The translations under genes were made by a program, and so were the position numbers. A stretch of 63,668 nt of DNA, filler included, from Chrysochromulina tobinii (Eukaryota), in assembly GCA_001275005.1 (NCBI GenBank). It is 8 parts of 8 records of this genome, joined end to end, with 100 filler letters (N's around TTAATTAATTAA, not from the genome) between each part and the next. Parts side by side here need not be neighbours in the genome. Positions count along the whole stretch, not along the records: positions 39,663 to 50,744 come from JWZX01000375.1; positions 50,845 to 58,443 come from JWZX01000377.1; 6 more parts are not named here. The stretch is one strand, 5' to 3'. Below, piece after piece: positions 46,092 to 57,136 of the stretch. Within the stretch, counting starts at the first letter, position 1, and each line of letters begins with the position of its first letter. The notes beneath the pieces are model-generated. The model was not told the DNA's origin, searched no databases, and saw only the letters and a program-made list of their open reading frames with translations.

Positions 46092-47345
46092 CTATGGCTT
46101 AATGAGGGGCGTCTGTTCCGTCTTGGCGCCGGCGGTTGTGGCCGCCTCGATACCCCCCGTGTCGGCTGGGAGCGGCTTAGGCTTTTCGTGCAGAGTGAGG
46201 TACGAGTAGGCGCAGAGAGTGACGACGACAGTCGCCACGCCGAACCAGCTGACCGGATCATTCACGCCCGCCTGCACCGCTGAGACCACGATGAGCAGCA
46301 CCTTGACACCGCTGGATCCGACCGTGGCGGTCAGTGCAGTTGTAACTGCGCCGTGCCGGGAAGCAAAGAGCGAGTGCAAGGGGGGAGGTAGGGGGGAGGG
46401 GTGGGGTGCGTGTCAGAGGAAGCGACGCTGGGCACAGCGGGCACGGAAAGTGTGCCGGACAGGGGGGACTTGCGATGGAGAAGACCGCAGGCTCGGGCAC
46501 AGGCTGCGGAGTGCGGTTCGCCGCGTACGCATTGTAAAGTAGAACATAGACAGGTTGAAGCAAAAGGCCATGCTGCTGCCAATGGCGATGATGATGAGGC
46601 CGATGGCTCGCGTGTCCGGGTCTGACAGGTACGCGATGCTCTGCTCGCGCTCGTCGAGGCACGCCCAGGTGATCAGCATCAGTACGAAGGCGATGCTGCA
46701 GTCGTACACCAGTACGACAGTCGGCTCGAGCTTCGGCTTGTCGGCCATGGGGCCCACACCAGCGCAGAGGATCATCACGAGGACGCCCTTGATCGCTCCC
46801 GCCATCATGCCAATGATGCACATGAACACGCCCATGATGCTGCTCGAGCCCCCCTCGGCTGACATCTTGTGCCAGACAGAGAGCACGGAGCCGACGCACA
46901 GGCCGAAGACCACAAAGATCATCATTGCCGAGTACGTCTTATTGGCAAAGAGAAAGGAGAATGACATGGTGAAGAAGGGTAGGGTCACCTTGATCGCCTG
47001 GTTCAGGAAGAGCGTCACAAGCGCAAGGCTCGCATTGTTGAGCCCATTCATGAGGTACGAGCAGAGGCCCATCGGAATGATGAGCAACCTGTATTCCCAC
47101 GCCTGTTGGAACGTGGGGCCACCCATTGCGGGCTTAGTGACCGACCACTGCAGCAGGAACGCGGCAATGGCCGACACGAGCATGTGGAACATGGTGTAGA
47201 ACCAGGTGAAGTGGAAGCCTGGCCACCTGTCCTTCTGGAGCGCCCACGAATTGAACTCGCAGAGCCCGATGTTGAAGATGCAGAACGATGCACATGCGAG
47301 GAGCTGCTTCCAGAGGGCTGGTTGCTCAGGGAGGACTCCAGTCAT
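46092..47345 (-). CDS. Triose-phosphate/nucleotide-sugar transporter family protein (SLC35/DMT), 2 exons (intron 46346-46528)
   Basis: FNSWAL...GFHFTWFYTMFHM, GLNNASLALVTLFLNQAIK.TLPFFT, AFCFNLSMF...TTALTATVG...K; multiple TM helices. Start could alternatively be 47402. Confidence 0.85.
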
Positions 47346-47583
47346 CGGCACGCCTTCGAGCCCGACATGGAAAACCACCCAAATAGGAAACTCGGTGTGC
47401 ATGCTTTCTCAATGAGAACTGTCCTCTTGAAGAAGATTCTCCATGCGACAGCATAATTTTGTTCGGCTCTTCTGGTTGCATGCAGATCATGTTCGCCGCG
47501 CGATTGAAAGAGAAAACCCGCGTCACCATTTTTTAATGCGAAGGTGCGATTTGGATCGGTACAATGTAGGCGCGCCGAGATCA

Positions 47584-48299
47584 ATGCCGGCGTCTGCACG
47601 AGGGCCAGCAAAATCATCGCTGCCGCTGCAGACACGCATCACCCCGCCGTCGACACCGGTGCTGCCGCTGTCGCCGCGCAAGGCCGCTCGCGTGCAGCAC
47701 CTGCCACAGCCGCTCGTCCCGAGGCTGCTGTGCGCCGACCAGCTGCGCATCGCGACTGCCGCCCTTGTCAATGCTCACCAGCCACGTTCAGCCACGGCCA
47801 TCCTGGCCAACGTGCCCGCGCCACCGGCGCCGACGACGCTGCTCGAGCACCTGCATCCGTATCCGCGGCCGAGCTCGCACCGTGTGCGTGCGGAGGTGGC
47901 CTGCGCGGAGCTTGAGCAGACCATGCAGGCTCACTATAAGCACGTGAAGCCACCGATGATGCCCGGCGCGAACTCAGCGTCTGCCGGCACGCCGCGGCGG
48001 TCGTGCACCGCGGGAGATGGCAAAAGATCCCTCGGGCATTCACAGGAGCGCGGCCGGCGTGGCAAGCCAACCGAGTGCCGCCGCCTGGGCTGCCCGCCGA
48101 CAAGCCGCCTGCCGAAGCGGAGCCACCAAGAGCGCGGCCGCCATTCGTGACCGTGTCTCATGACGAGGTGTGGGGACACGTTCAGCGGCCGCACGGCGAG
48201 GCGTGGCGGATATGGCGGCGGCTCAGGGGTCCTGCAGCTCGACGACCGGGCTCGGTGAGGGTTATCGTTTTCGAGGGGGGTATTTGGACGGGCTTGTGA
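47584..48299 (+). CDS. Possible hypothetical gene (two overlapping frames, structure unresolved)
   Basis: ORFs 47443-48150 and 48003-48299 are protein-like, but I could not fix a splice joining them. Confidence 0.3.
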
Positions 48300-48381
48300 T
48301 GATCTAGACATAGAAGCGAAAGGATTTGCATGCACGGTCAGCCGTAACCGTCATCGTGCCTGCCAAACTTTTCGCCTCGCA

Positions 48382-49431
48382 ATGTACAAGACCTGGGCCA
48401 GTCCTGAGGACGCGCCCCTGCCCACTGCGGCAGCCTTCCGATCAGCCGTTGGCGGCATACTTCCTGGCTACGCAGGGCATGTGCCGCACGCACAGCTCCA
48501 CATTGGCGCCGCACACACCGGTGGCGTGCGACGCTCCGCACCTCGCGATGCTTACGTGCGCTTGGCCGAAGCACACACAATTGCGCGACAAAACTTCAAC
48601 GATGACTGTCACTCGCTGCCCTTGCCCAACGCATCGAATGACTACTATGTGAAGAGCCAGCAACGCCCTGACATAAGTAAGCTTGACGCCCTTTGGGCAC
48701 CAAACTACTCAGGCTATCGTAGGACGCAATCGGACGCAATTGGCCGCCTTCATCGGACCACGTATCATCGTGGGCCGGGAAGGCGTGCCGCCGAGGAGCG
48801 GGCAGTGCATGCTTGCGTTGGCGCGTTCCACGTCGAGAGCACGCCCTATTCCGAGGTTCATCCGGGCCCTGATGCGCGACGACCGGCCTCGGCGAGGGAT
48901 CGTAGACACGAAAGCAGGGGGCATAACTTGCAAGAAGAGGCGACGCGAATTGCGACCGTCGGCCAGCAGATCAAGGCTGGGCACAACATTCAGAACACCG
49001 TGGCGGCGACGAATGATTGGATCATGCACAGTGCGACGCCGCCGCCGCCTTTGCCAGCTGGCGCGAGCGCCTACCGCGCACAGGTTGGGGGCATCGTTCC
49101 GGGGTATACTGGGCACGTACCCCAATCCAAGGAGCACTCGGCCTCATCGCATGTTGGTGGCGTGCATGCAGTCGCCGTCAAGGGCACAGTGGGCGCGCAG
49201 CGAGGGCACGTGGGCAAGTCTACGTCAACGGCGGCCTCATTCATGCGAGAAAGCCGCGGCCCGGCGACGGTAGGCGAGGGCGGCCCGGCTGGCGGCCGCG
49301 CTGCACGCTCAGCTGTTGGCTACGCTGGCCATCGCCCGGCCAACAGCACGCACACATGGGGCGTTTCCTACTGGCGTGGGGCCGCGCAGGCTGTAGGGGG
49401 TGCAGCAGGGGGACTTACTCAAGATGTGTGA
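48382..49431 (+). CDS. FAM166/CIMIP2-like ciliary microtubule inner protein
   Basis: Three PGYxGHxP-type repeats (PGYAGHVP, PGYTGHVP, VGYAGHRP) plus PNYSGYRR. Confidence 0.65.
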   Translation: MYKTWASPEDAPLPTAAAFRSAVGGILPGYAGHVPHAQLHIGAAHTGGVRRSAPRDAYVRLAEAHTIARQNFNDDCHSLPLPNASNDYYVKSQQRPDISKLDALWAPNYSGYRRTQSDAIGRLHRTTYHRGPGRRAAEERAVHACVGAFHVESTPYSEVHPGPDARRPASARDRRHESRGHNLQEEATRIATVGQQIKAGHNIQNTVAATNDWIMHSATPPPPLPAGASAYRAQVGGIVPGYTGHVPQSKEHSASSHVGGVHAVAVKGTVGAQRGHVGKSTSTAASFMRESRGPATVGEGGPAGGRAARSAVGYAGHRPANSTHTWGVSYWRGAAQAVGGAAGGLTQDV

Positions 49432-50028
49432 CAGTGTGGATGCACGGCCCGCTGCTACAAGGTAGGGGCCGGGATCCCGCGGCACGCACGCGGAAGGCGG
49501 CTCGGGCCGGGGTCGGCGATTAACTGTACTTCGGGCACGTCCGTTGCGCGGGCTGGATGCTATGCGTGTGTGAGAATAAGGTCGCGTCGACGTCGACCGC
49601 GAGCTCGAGCGCCGCCCCGCCGCGCAGCGCGCGCCGAGGCAGCGCCCGCGCCGTGGCTGCCGCCGCCATGGCCGCCGCGCGGGGAGCGGGCGGACGGCGA
49701 GACGAGAGAGACGAGAGAGACAGATAGAGAGACGAGCGAGAGTGTGGCATGAGAAAAATGCAAAGTACGAGAGCCGGAGTCGAGATGCAACATGTGACTG
49801 AACGCGCGGCCTCTGGCCACTTTCAAACGAAACAGCGATCCCGGCACCACATCGCACTTTGCGCGCGCGGCTCATGTTTGAGGATTGAGCATCGCACGCC
49901 TCACAGGCACAGCACACATGGCCACATCCCCCGGCTTCGCACCTTTCCGGCAAATCTCCACCCTACCGTCACAGGAGCCTCCCAGCCTCTTGCCCCCACC
50001 TCTAGTCCGCTACCCCCGGCTTGCCTTT

Positions 50029-50744
50029 CTAGTGCCCTCCTCCTCCTCCGCCGCCGCCGCCAGATGACCGCATCACGCCGCAGCACGCATCCTTGCTCGA
50101 CTTGAGATAGGCGTAGAACGCCGAGAAGAGAATGACCACGCCGATGCCGGCATAGAGGAGAATGATTTCCCCCCCGTTCTCCTCGTCGTCCTCCTCGTCC
50201 TGCCAAATCAATGAGATAACGATGTTGAGCACGAGCGCGAACGTGTTGGCGACCGACATGGTCGTGGCCGTCGTGTAGCTGAGCACGAAGAACTGCGCAA
50301 GCGCACGAACGCCGCCGAGCGCGGCCGTGCCCGTGAACCGGAACCATTCGGTAGCGTTCATGTTCGCCTCGAACACCATGATGATCTCTCCGTTGGCCCA
50401 CACCCAGGGAACGAAGATGGGGATCATGAACAGGTCGACCCAGAAGAGGAGCGAGAGCGCGGTGAACTTCTTCTTGTACTGCATGAACGCATGGTGCGTG
50501 AACGCATACTTGCTCGCTGAGCAAAGCACTGCCGCGCACGCGAAGAGGACGCCGGTGACGTTGACCCTATTGATGTCGGAGACGGAGACGAGGATGGCGC
50601 CAACAACCAGGCCGCTGACAGTGCCGTAGATAATGGGGTGCTGGAACTTGCCGTACAGTACACTCTCGATCATGACCGTCCAGAACGGGTTCGTCGCGGC
50701 GATGCACTGCTGCAGCGCAACCGAGATGTTGGCAAGCGCAATGT
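50029..50744 (-). CDS. Second TPT/SLC35-family transporter, 5'-partial
   Basis: Frame is open from the spacer: IALANISVALQQCIAATNPFWT, TGVLFACAAVLCSASKY, FFVLSYTTATTMSVAN. Confidence 0.85.
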
Positions 50745-50844
50745 NNNNNNNNNNNNNNNNNNNNNNNNNNNNNNNNNNNNNNNNNNNNTTAATTAATTAA
50801 NNNNNNNNNNNNNNNNNNNNNNNNNNNNNNNNNNNNNNNNNNNN
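50745..50844. other. Artificial contig spacer
   Basis: N44-TTAATTAATTAA-N44. Confidence 0.99.
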
Positions 50845-51515
50845 GGAATCCTCAATCATTATATACCCATAGGCTAAGATACCCGTCACAGATATCCCCA
50901 CAGCCCGACCGGTGCGGCAGCACTATCGATATAGGCCCAAAATGGGAAACTATGCCAACTATTCTTTGCTTCAGTTCAGTTCAGTTTCTTCGCGGTCCCC
51001 CCACGCTCACTCCACCGTCTCGACGGACGGCTCCTTTGCAATAGTACAGTACTATACACAGTAGTCTTGCTTTTTTCAATTTCACCCAGCATGGCGCTAA
51101 GAACAGTCGCTAGTAGAGCCACCATCGCCAATTAACTGCTCAATCATGAATCAACAATCATGGTTGCCCCCCCTTTCATCAGACATCACCCTCTCGCTCC
51201 CTTGTGTGCATGCTTGTGTGCAAGGGCCCTCTAGACAAGCACGCGCCACTGCCGAAGGTCGACGTCGAGGTTGTCGTTCGCCACTACTCGGATATATCGG
51301 GCCATCTACACGGGTACGGGGTAGCATGAGACATGATATGTTGTGTGAGCAGGGGAGATGAGGAAGAGGGGAGGATCGTGTTTGTTCTTGCCCGCGTCGA
51401 AAGCTTTGCTCCTCGGCATACGGTTCGGCATAATGGTGTATTCGAGCAAAGCAAGCGCGCACGCAAGTGGAGTGAGTCGCGCGCGCTGGCGACCATTGCA
51501 CGCGCGCGCGTCCCG

Positions 51516-51594
51516 TCTGGGAGACCGACATCTCATCTGGGAGACCGACGTGTCATCTGGGAGACCGACATCTCATCTGGGAGACCGACATCTC
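51516..51594. repeat. 20-bp tandem repeat (TCTGGGAGACCGACATCTCA)x4 just downstream of the LOX stop
   Basis: Four near-perfect units with no spacers. Confidence 0.9.
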
Positions 51595-51630
51595 GTCCCA
51601 CACATCACGCTGGTGCGCGTCGCGAGCACT

Positions 51631-54600
51631 TCAGATGGATACAGACGTCTCGAGAATGCGCGGGTTGAACGCAACAAATTCGTGACCCGTGGCGCCGCGG
51701 CGCACGTTGCGCTCGTCGATTGCTTTCGCTAGCGCCTCGAGGGCCACCTGGAAGCCTCTCACCTGATGCAGGAGGCAATCAGAGGCAATCAGTGATCATC
51801 AGTGGCAGTCGATTAGAATCAAAGCTTCATAAGGCCTATGGAAACGTCTCACCGCGTCGAGCACGCCTTGCTGCTTGCGCGCCGTCTCCCATTCGTTCAC
51901 GCTAAAGAGGTGTGAATACTCGTCCATCAGAGGCGGCTGGCGGACGCCTGTGTCGAGATGGCAATGAGGGGTGCAATCAGTGCTGCCATTGGTTGCTATC
52001 AGGCAGCCAGCAATCCATCAGTGGTCCATCAGAGGCGGCTAGACGCATGCCTGTGAGCGCGATGATGACGAGCGCCTGGGCGTGCGATTGGACATCCGGT
52101 TCGACCGTGCCGTTGGCGAGCTTTGGCGCCAAGCCGACAGGCGAGGTCAGGTATTCCACTATGCTGCCGACGAGCTCGTGGCGCCCCGTCACGCTGAAGA
52201 TGAGCTCGGTCACCTGCGGAGGCCATCACAAATTTGCTCTTGGAGTCAGAGGCAATCCAGCGCCAATCAGATGGGCTATCAAGTGACCATCAGCGGTTCG
52301 AGAGGAGCTCGGCCGTTACCAAGGTGACGAGCGAGCTGAGGCCGAGTGGAGGCAGCCGCCATGGCGTATCGAACTGCACCTCAAACGACGCCCAAAAGGC
52401 ACGCAGCTCATCGTCGGCATGCACTGCAGCATCGTCGGGGAAGAAGGGCACGAGGAACGCGCGCACGTAGGCCCCGATCGCATTCCACAGCGCGAGGCCG
52501 TCGACCGCCAACGGCCAGTGCGCGACGAAGGCATCGGGTAGGCCGGCCGCGGCGATCCGCTCGGGAAAGGGCACGTACCTGATCAGGGAGGCACTCAGAT
52601 GTCATCATAAGGTCGCCTTACGGTCGTCAGTGGCCATCAGTGGCCATCAGAGGCCATCAGAGAGGTCATCTGTGGCCATCAGTGGCCACCAGTGACCATC
52701 AGTGGCCATCAGTTCGGCTCGCGGACTGGAACGTACGTCCACTCGCGGGCCATGTCCGCAAAGTAAGTGGTCCACGACTCAGCGGTGAGAGCAAAGGTGC
52801 GATGGGCAAAGCCGCCGACAGGCATGAGTAGGTCCATGGATGCGGAATTGATCTTAGCGGCCCCATAGTAGTGGGGCTTGAGCAGACGTCGCAGCGGATG
52901 CGTCGGCGAGAGCGTCGTGCGTGCGGCACAGTCGAGGCCATTCGAGAGGATCCAATGCGTGTGCAACAGATGATCACGCAAGGTGAGCGACGCGCCGAGA
53001 GTGGCCTTGAACAGAGCCTTTGCATGCCCCCACAGCGCGTCCGACGGTGTGAAGAGCTTCGAGTGTGAAGAGCTCCACACGCCGAGAAGGGGCGGCATGC
53101 TGCCATCGGCCGGCACCGTACCGAGGTACGCGCTCGCGCCGTATCGGCACCACGTCGAGCGCACAGCGTACCTGGACATGTACTCAATGTTGCATTCAAA
53201 CGCGGACTCCGGCGGTACGTCGTGGCCCGCTGCCGCAGCCGAGCGCGCCGCCTTTAGGTACCAACTGCCAACGCCGACAATGCACAACTCGGCGATGCCC
53301 GCGTCCGTATCAAGATCATCCCACGTCTTGTACTGCTGGGGCAGGTACTTGCCAAAGACAGCCTCGATCGAAGCGTACGCCTCGGCGCGGCTTGCTGCCG
53401 ACGTCGATCTGCCATCACCCCCTTCACCCCAATACGTGAGTTTCTCAAGCGCCTCGTCCTTTTCGAAGCTCAGTGTGGTCGAAAATGCAAACAGGGCCTC
53501 TCGCGCCCATTCCTGATTAAGGAGGCAATCAGTGGTCCTCAGTGGTCCTCAGTGACGATCGGTGGTCATCATCAGTGACGTGCCCACACCTTGAGCCATG
53601 CGGGCGTTGATGAAGGAGGCAATCAGAGGTCCTCAGTGGCCATCATCAGTGACGTGCCCACACCTTGAGCCATGCGGGCGTTGATGAAGGAGGCAATCAG
53701 AGGTCCTCAGTGGCCATCATCAGTGACGTGCCCACACCTTGAGCCATGCGGGCGTTGATGAAGGAGGCAATCAGTGGTCCCCAGTGGCCATCATCAGTGA
53801 CGTGCCCACACCTTGAGCCATGCGGGCGGCTGGTCCTCATCCCGAGAGATGATCTTGATTCCTCCAAAGGGCATGTGGATCCACTCGTCCGCGTAGTCCT
53901 GCTTGGGCAGCAGCTCGGCCGTAATCTTATCCGAAGTGCCCACCGTGGTTGGATCGACCACTTTCTGCACCGCCCAGATCATGAGCTGTGTGTTCTCATT
54001 CGTAGACGTGTAGAACTTGTTCGTGCGCTCCTCAGCACTGCGCTCGCTCCGCAGCCACGCGTCGGCTCGTGCAAGCTCGCGGCCGTTGAGCGTGTCCGTC
54101 ATCTGCTGCAGCTCAAAGGGCGTTGAGTTGAAGTAGGTGACCTTGATCTCCTCGGGAGGCATCGCAGGTGTGGAGCTGCCGCCTTTGCTGCCCTTGGGAG
54201 CGGATCTGTGCGCTGACCAGAGGCGCTTCACGCCACCGTACGGCGTGGCGGCGCGCACAAAGGCGCGCAGGAAGGCAAAGATGGTCTGCAAGCCAAACTC
54301 TTTGCCGGGGCACGCGTGCGAGCCAGGGCTCGCGAGGTCCGGGGCGAGCGCAAAGTCCGCGAAGTTCACACCGAGCCGATGGTAATCGGCGACGCTTCGA
54401 AGCTTGAAGTATCTGATGAGGGTGCAATCAGCATGCACTCAGTGCTCCTCAGGCGCAATCAGCATGCACTCAGTGCTCCTCAGGCGCAATCAGCATGCAC
54501 TTAGTGCTCCTCAGGCGCAATCAGCATGCACTTAGTGCTCCTCAGGCGCAATCAGCATGGCCTCCAGCAGCAATCTCTGTGGCCACGGCAGCGCGTTCTC

Positions 54601-57136
54601 GACGCATCGGGCGCCATCAGTGGCAATCAGCGTGGCCATCAGTGGCAATCAGCGTGGCCATCAGTGGCAATCAGCGTGGCGAGTGTGTACTCGGCGTCAT
54701 CGCCCCAGACGGCGGGATCACGTGACGCCTGCATCAAGTTGAGCATGACGCAGCGCGGTGGGCGGTTGCCATCCGAGCGCTCGAAAAAGGGTAGAATGAA
54801 CACCGGCGAGAAGAGCCGAATGATTTCGAGTACGTACCTGATGAGGCACGCGATCAGAGGTCGTCACTGGCCATCGGTGGCCCTCAAAAAACCACCCGTG
54901 TCCATCTGTGGCCATGATCAAGCCATGATCAGGCCACAATAAGGTCATCATCGAGTGATACGCGGCCACCAGTGGCCGTCCGTGGAAGGCAACGTACGGT
55001 TCGATGTCCTTCGGCTGGTCGAGCGAGAAACCCTGTGGCAGGTGCCGTTCTCCCCAGGCAGAGTACGGGATGGCGAGGGCGTACCTGATTAGGGGCAATT
55101 AGAGGCAATCAGAGGTCATCAGAGGTCATCAGAGCTCATTAGGGAGGAGGGCGAGGGCGTTCCAAATTAGGGTGGAGGGCGAGGGCGTACGCGATGACGT
55201 TGGGCACCGAGATGCCGCCCGCGAAGAGGAGCGCGTCCATGAGCATGCTCGCCAGTTGTGTCACCTTGGCCGGCCCAAGCGTGCGCATCTCGTCCGGCGA
55301 GATCTTGTGCAGCGCTGCCTCATACCGTGTGAGCCACGAGGCCTTCTCTTCAAGTGTCTTGTCGACGCCGAGCGTGGCGCGCAGCACAGGCATGGCCGAG
55401 GATGGCACACTGAACGCGACGAGGATCTGTGACTGGAGCTTCGCAAACGTGAGCGCCTCTGCGTCCGTCAGCTGGATCCCGAGCATCACCTGAGGACGGA
55501 GGCGATCAGTGGCAATCAGTGGCAATCGGTGGCAATTTGTGACTGTCACCGGTCATCAGTGGCAATCAGATCCCATTCGCGAAAGTCAGCGGTCATCAGT
55601 GGCAATCAGTGGCAATCAGTTACTGTCAGCGGTCATCAGTAGCAATCAGTGACCAGTAGCTGGATGCCAAGCATCACCTCGTGCTGCAGCTGGCACACGA
55701 ACATCTTCGTGTCGGCGCCGACGCGCAGTGTGCGACGTCCGGCGAGGAAGGCGGCGGCGCGCGCCTCAAGCCATGCCAAGCCACCAAGGGCATCGAGGCA
55801 AGACGGGCCACACAGCCTGACGAAAATTGGACGTGGTCATCAGCGGTCATCAGCGGTCATCAGTGGTCATCAGTGCTCATCAGTGCTCATCAGTGCTCAT
55901 CAGTGCTCATCAGTGCTCATCAGTTGCCACACGCCTGACGAGAATTGGACGTGCCCACGCGTGCGTCTCCGTCGGCGCGGAGAGTGCGATGCCGTGCCAT
56001 GGTACCTCGGGCCACATGTGCTCATTCAACGCCATCACCCCCAGAAAGTTGTGGCGCTCGGCGGTGCCGTCGTGGTCGTTAGTGCCGAGCTTGTGTCCGA
56101 GAGCTCGCAGCTGGCTGACCACCTGATGAGGCACGCCATCGGAGGTCGTCAGGTGCAATCATGTGCAATCATGTGCACTCAGATCTGATGAGTTCGCAGT
56201 TGGCAGACCACCTCACGATGAGAGCAGTAGGTGATGCAGTCCTCGACGAAGGGACCTTGCCACTCCCACCGCTCATTGGAACGGCTGAGCACGTACCTGA
56301 TGAGCGACGCACTCAGCGCTCATCAGTGGCAATCAGTGCTGGACACTCCCACCGCTCACGGGAACGGCTGGAGACGCTGTGAATGTGAACGGCTGGAGAC
56401 GCTGTGAATGTGAACGGCTGGAGACGCACTTGGACGCCGCGTCATCACCAGGTTTGGGCTCCTGGTTCCAAGCGACCGCGAGGGCCGCGACGTTGCGGTA
56501 GTACAGCGCCCCACCGGCCTGCTCGTTGAACCAGCCACTCAGCTTGGAGGTGAGCCAGCCCAGCGGCGCCAGCAGGCTCGCACCGAGGCCACGCTCCGCT
56601 GCGGCAGCCTTCTCCTCCTCGTCGCGCAGCTCTGCCTCGAGCGCCGTGGTGAGCTCCGCGAGCAGCGCTGCCGACACGCGGGCGCCGGCCATGATAGTGA
56701 GGCTGCCTTGCGCCGGTGCGCGCATCGGGTACTCGCGGCGCTCGTCCTCGTGCTCCCGCAGCGCCGCCAACGGCACCATGCACTCACCCATGAAGTCATC
56801 ACTCGACAGGTCATCCTTGTCAAACACGCGGCAATGCAGCTCCCAGTCGGCGCCAGGAGGCGGAGCAGCGAAGCGGAAGGCGAAGTTCCAGGTCGGGGAC
56901 ACGGTGTTCCAACACGTGTCAGAGACACGCTCCGTCTCGCGCGCCTTGGCGCTCCACGCTGCGCCCACTGGCCCCAGCCGAATGATGACAAACGGGTCGG
57001 CAGGGCCCATGATGTCCACGTCCCGGCTGAGCTTCTGAGCCTTCTCGATGAGGATCGCATGGGGTGTGGCTTCTCTCACAGGGGCTTGATGCTCCGCGCC
57101 TTCCGCCGGTGCTCGTGATGAAGCGCCGCAACCCAT
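51631..57136 (-). CDS. C2 domain - CYP74-like cytochrome P450 - lipoxygenase fusion protein (13 exons, 1225 aa)
   Basis: Exons 57136-56430, 56296-56212, 56122-55935, 55816-55678, 55489-55191, 55084-54998, 54837-54691, 54412-53812, 53512-52737, 52578-52320, 52213-52051, 51947-51853, 51762-51631 sum to 3678 nt with no internal stop. N-terminus MGCGAS. C2: ADPFV, SPTWN, VFDKDDLSSDDFMG. P450: LLFAGGISV, LEIIR, RDPAVWG, SHACPGKE. LOX: WGHAK, DHLLHTHW, HPLRRLLKPH, DGLALWNAI, DDELRAFW, IFSVTGRHELVG, IDERN, C-terminal SVSI. Confidence 0.9.
53513..53811 (-). repeat. Intron built from a 74-bp tandem unit that includes the exon end and GT donor
   Basis: CCTTGAGCCATGCGGGCG recurs at 53589, 53663, 53737 and 53811. 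Confidence 0.95.

Noticed and set aside
46092..50744. Two SLC35/TPT transporters as a functional cluster or recent tandem duplication
   Set aside because: The sequences are very divergent and separated by unrelated genes; the family is large in algae.
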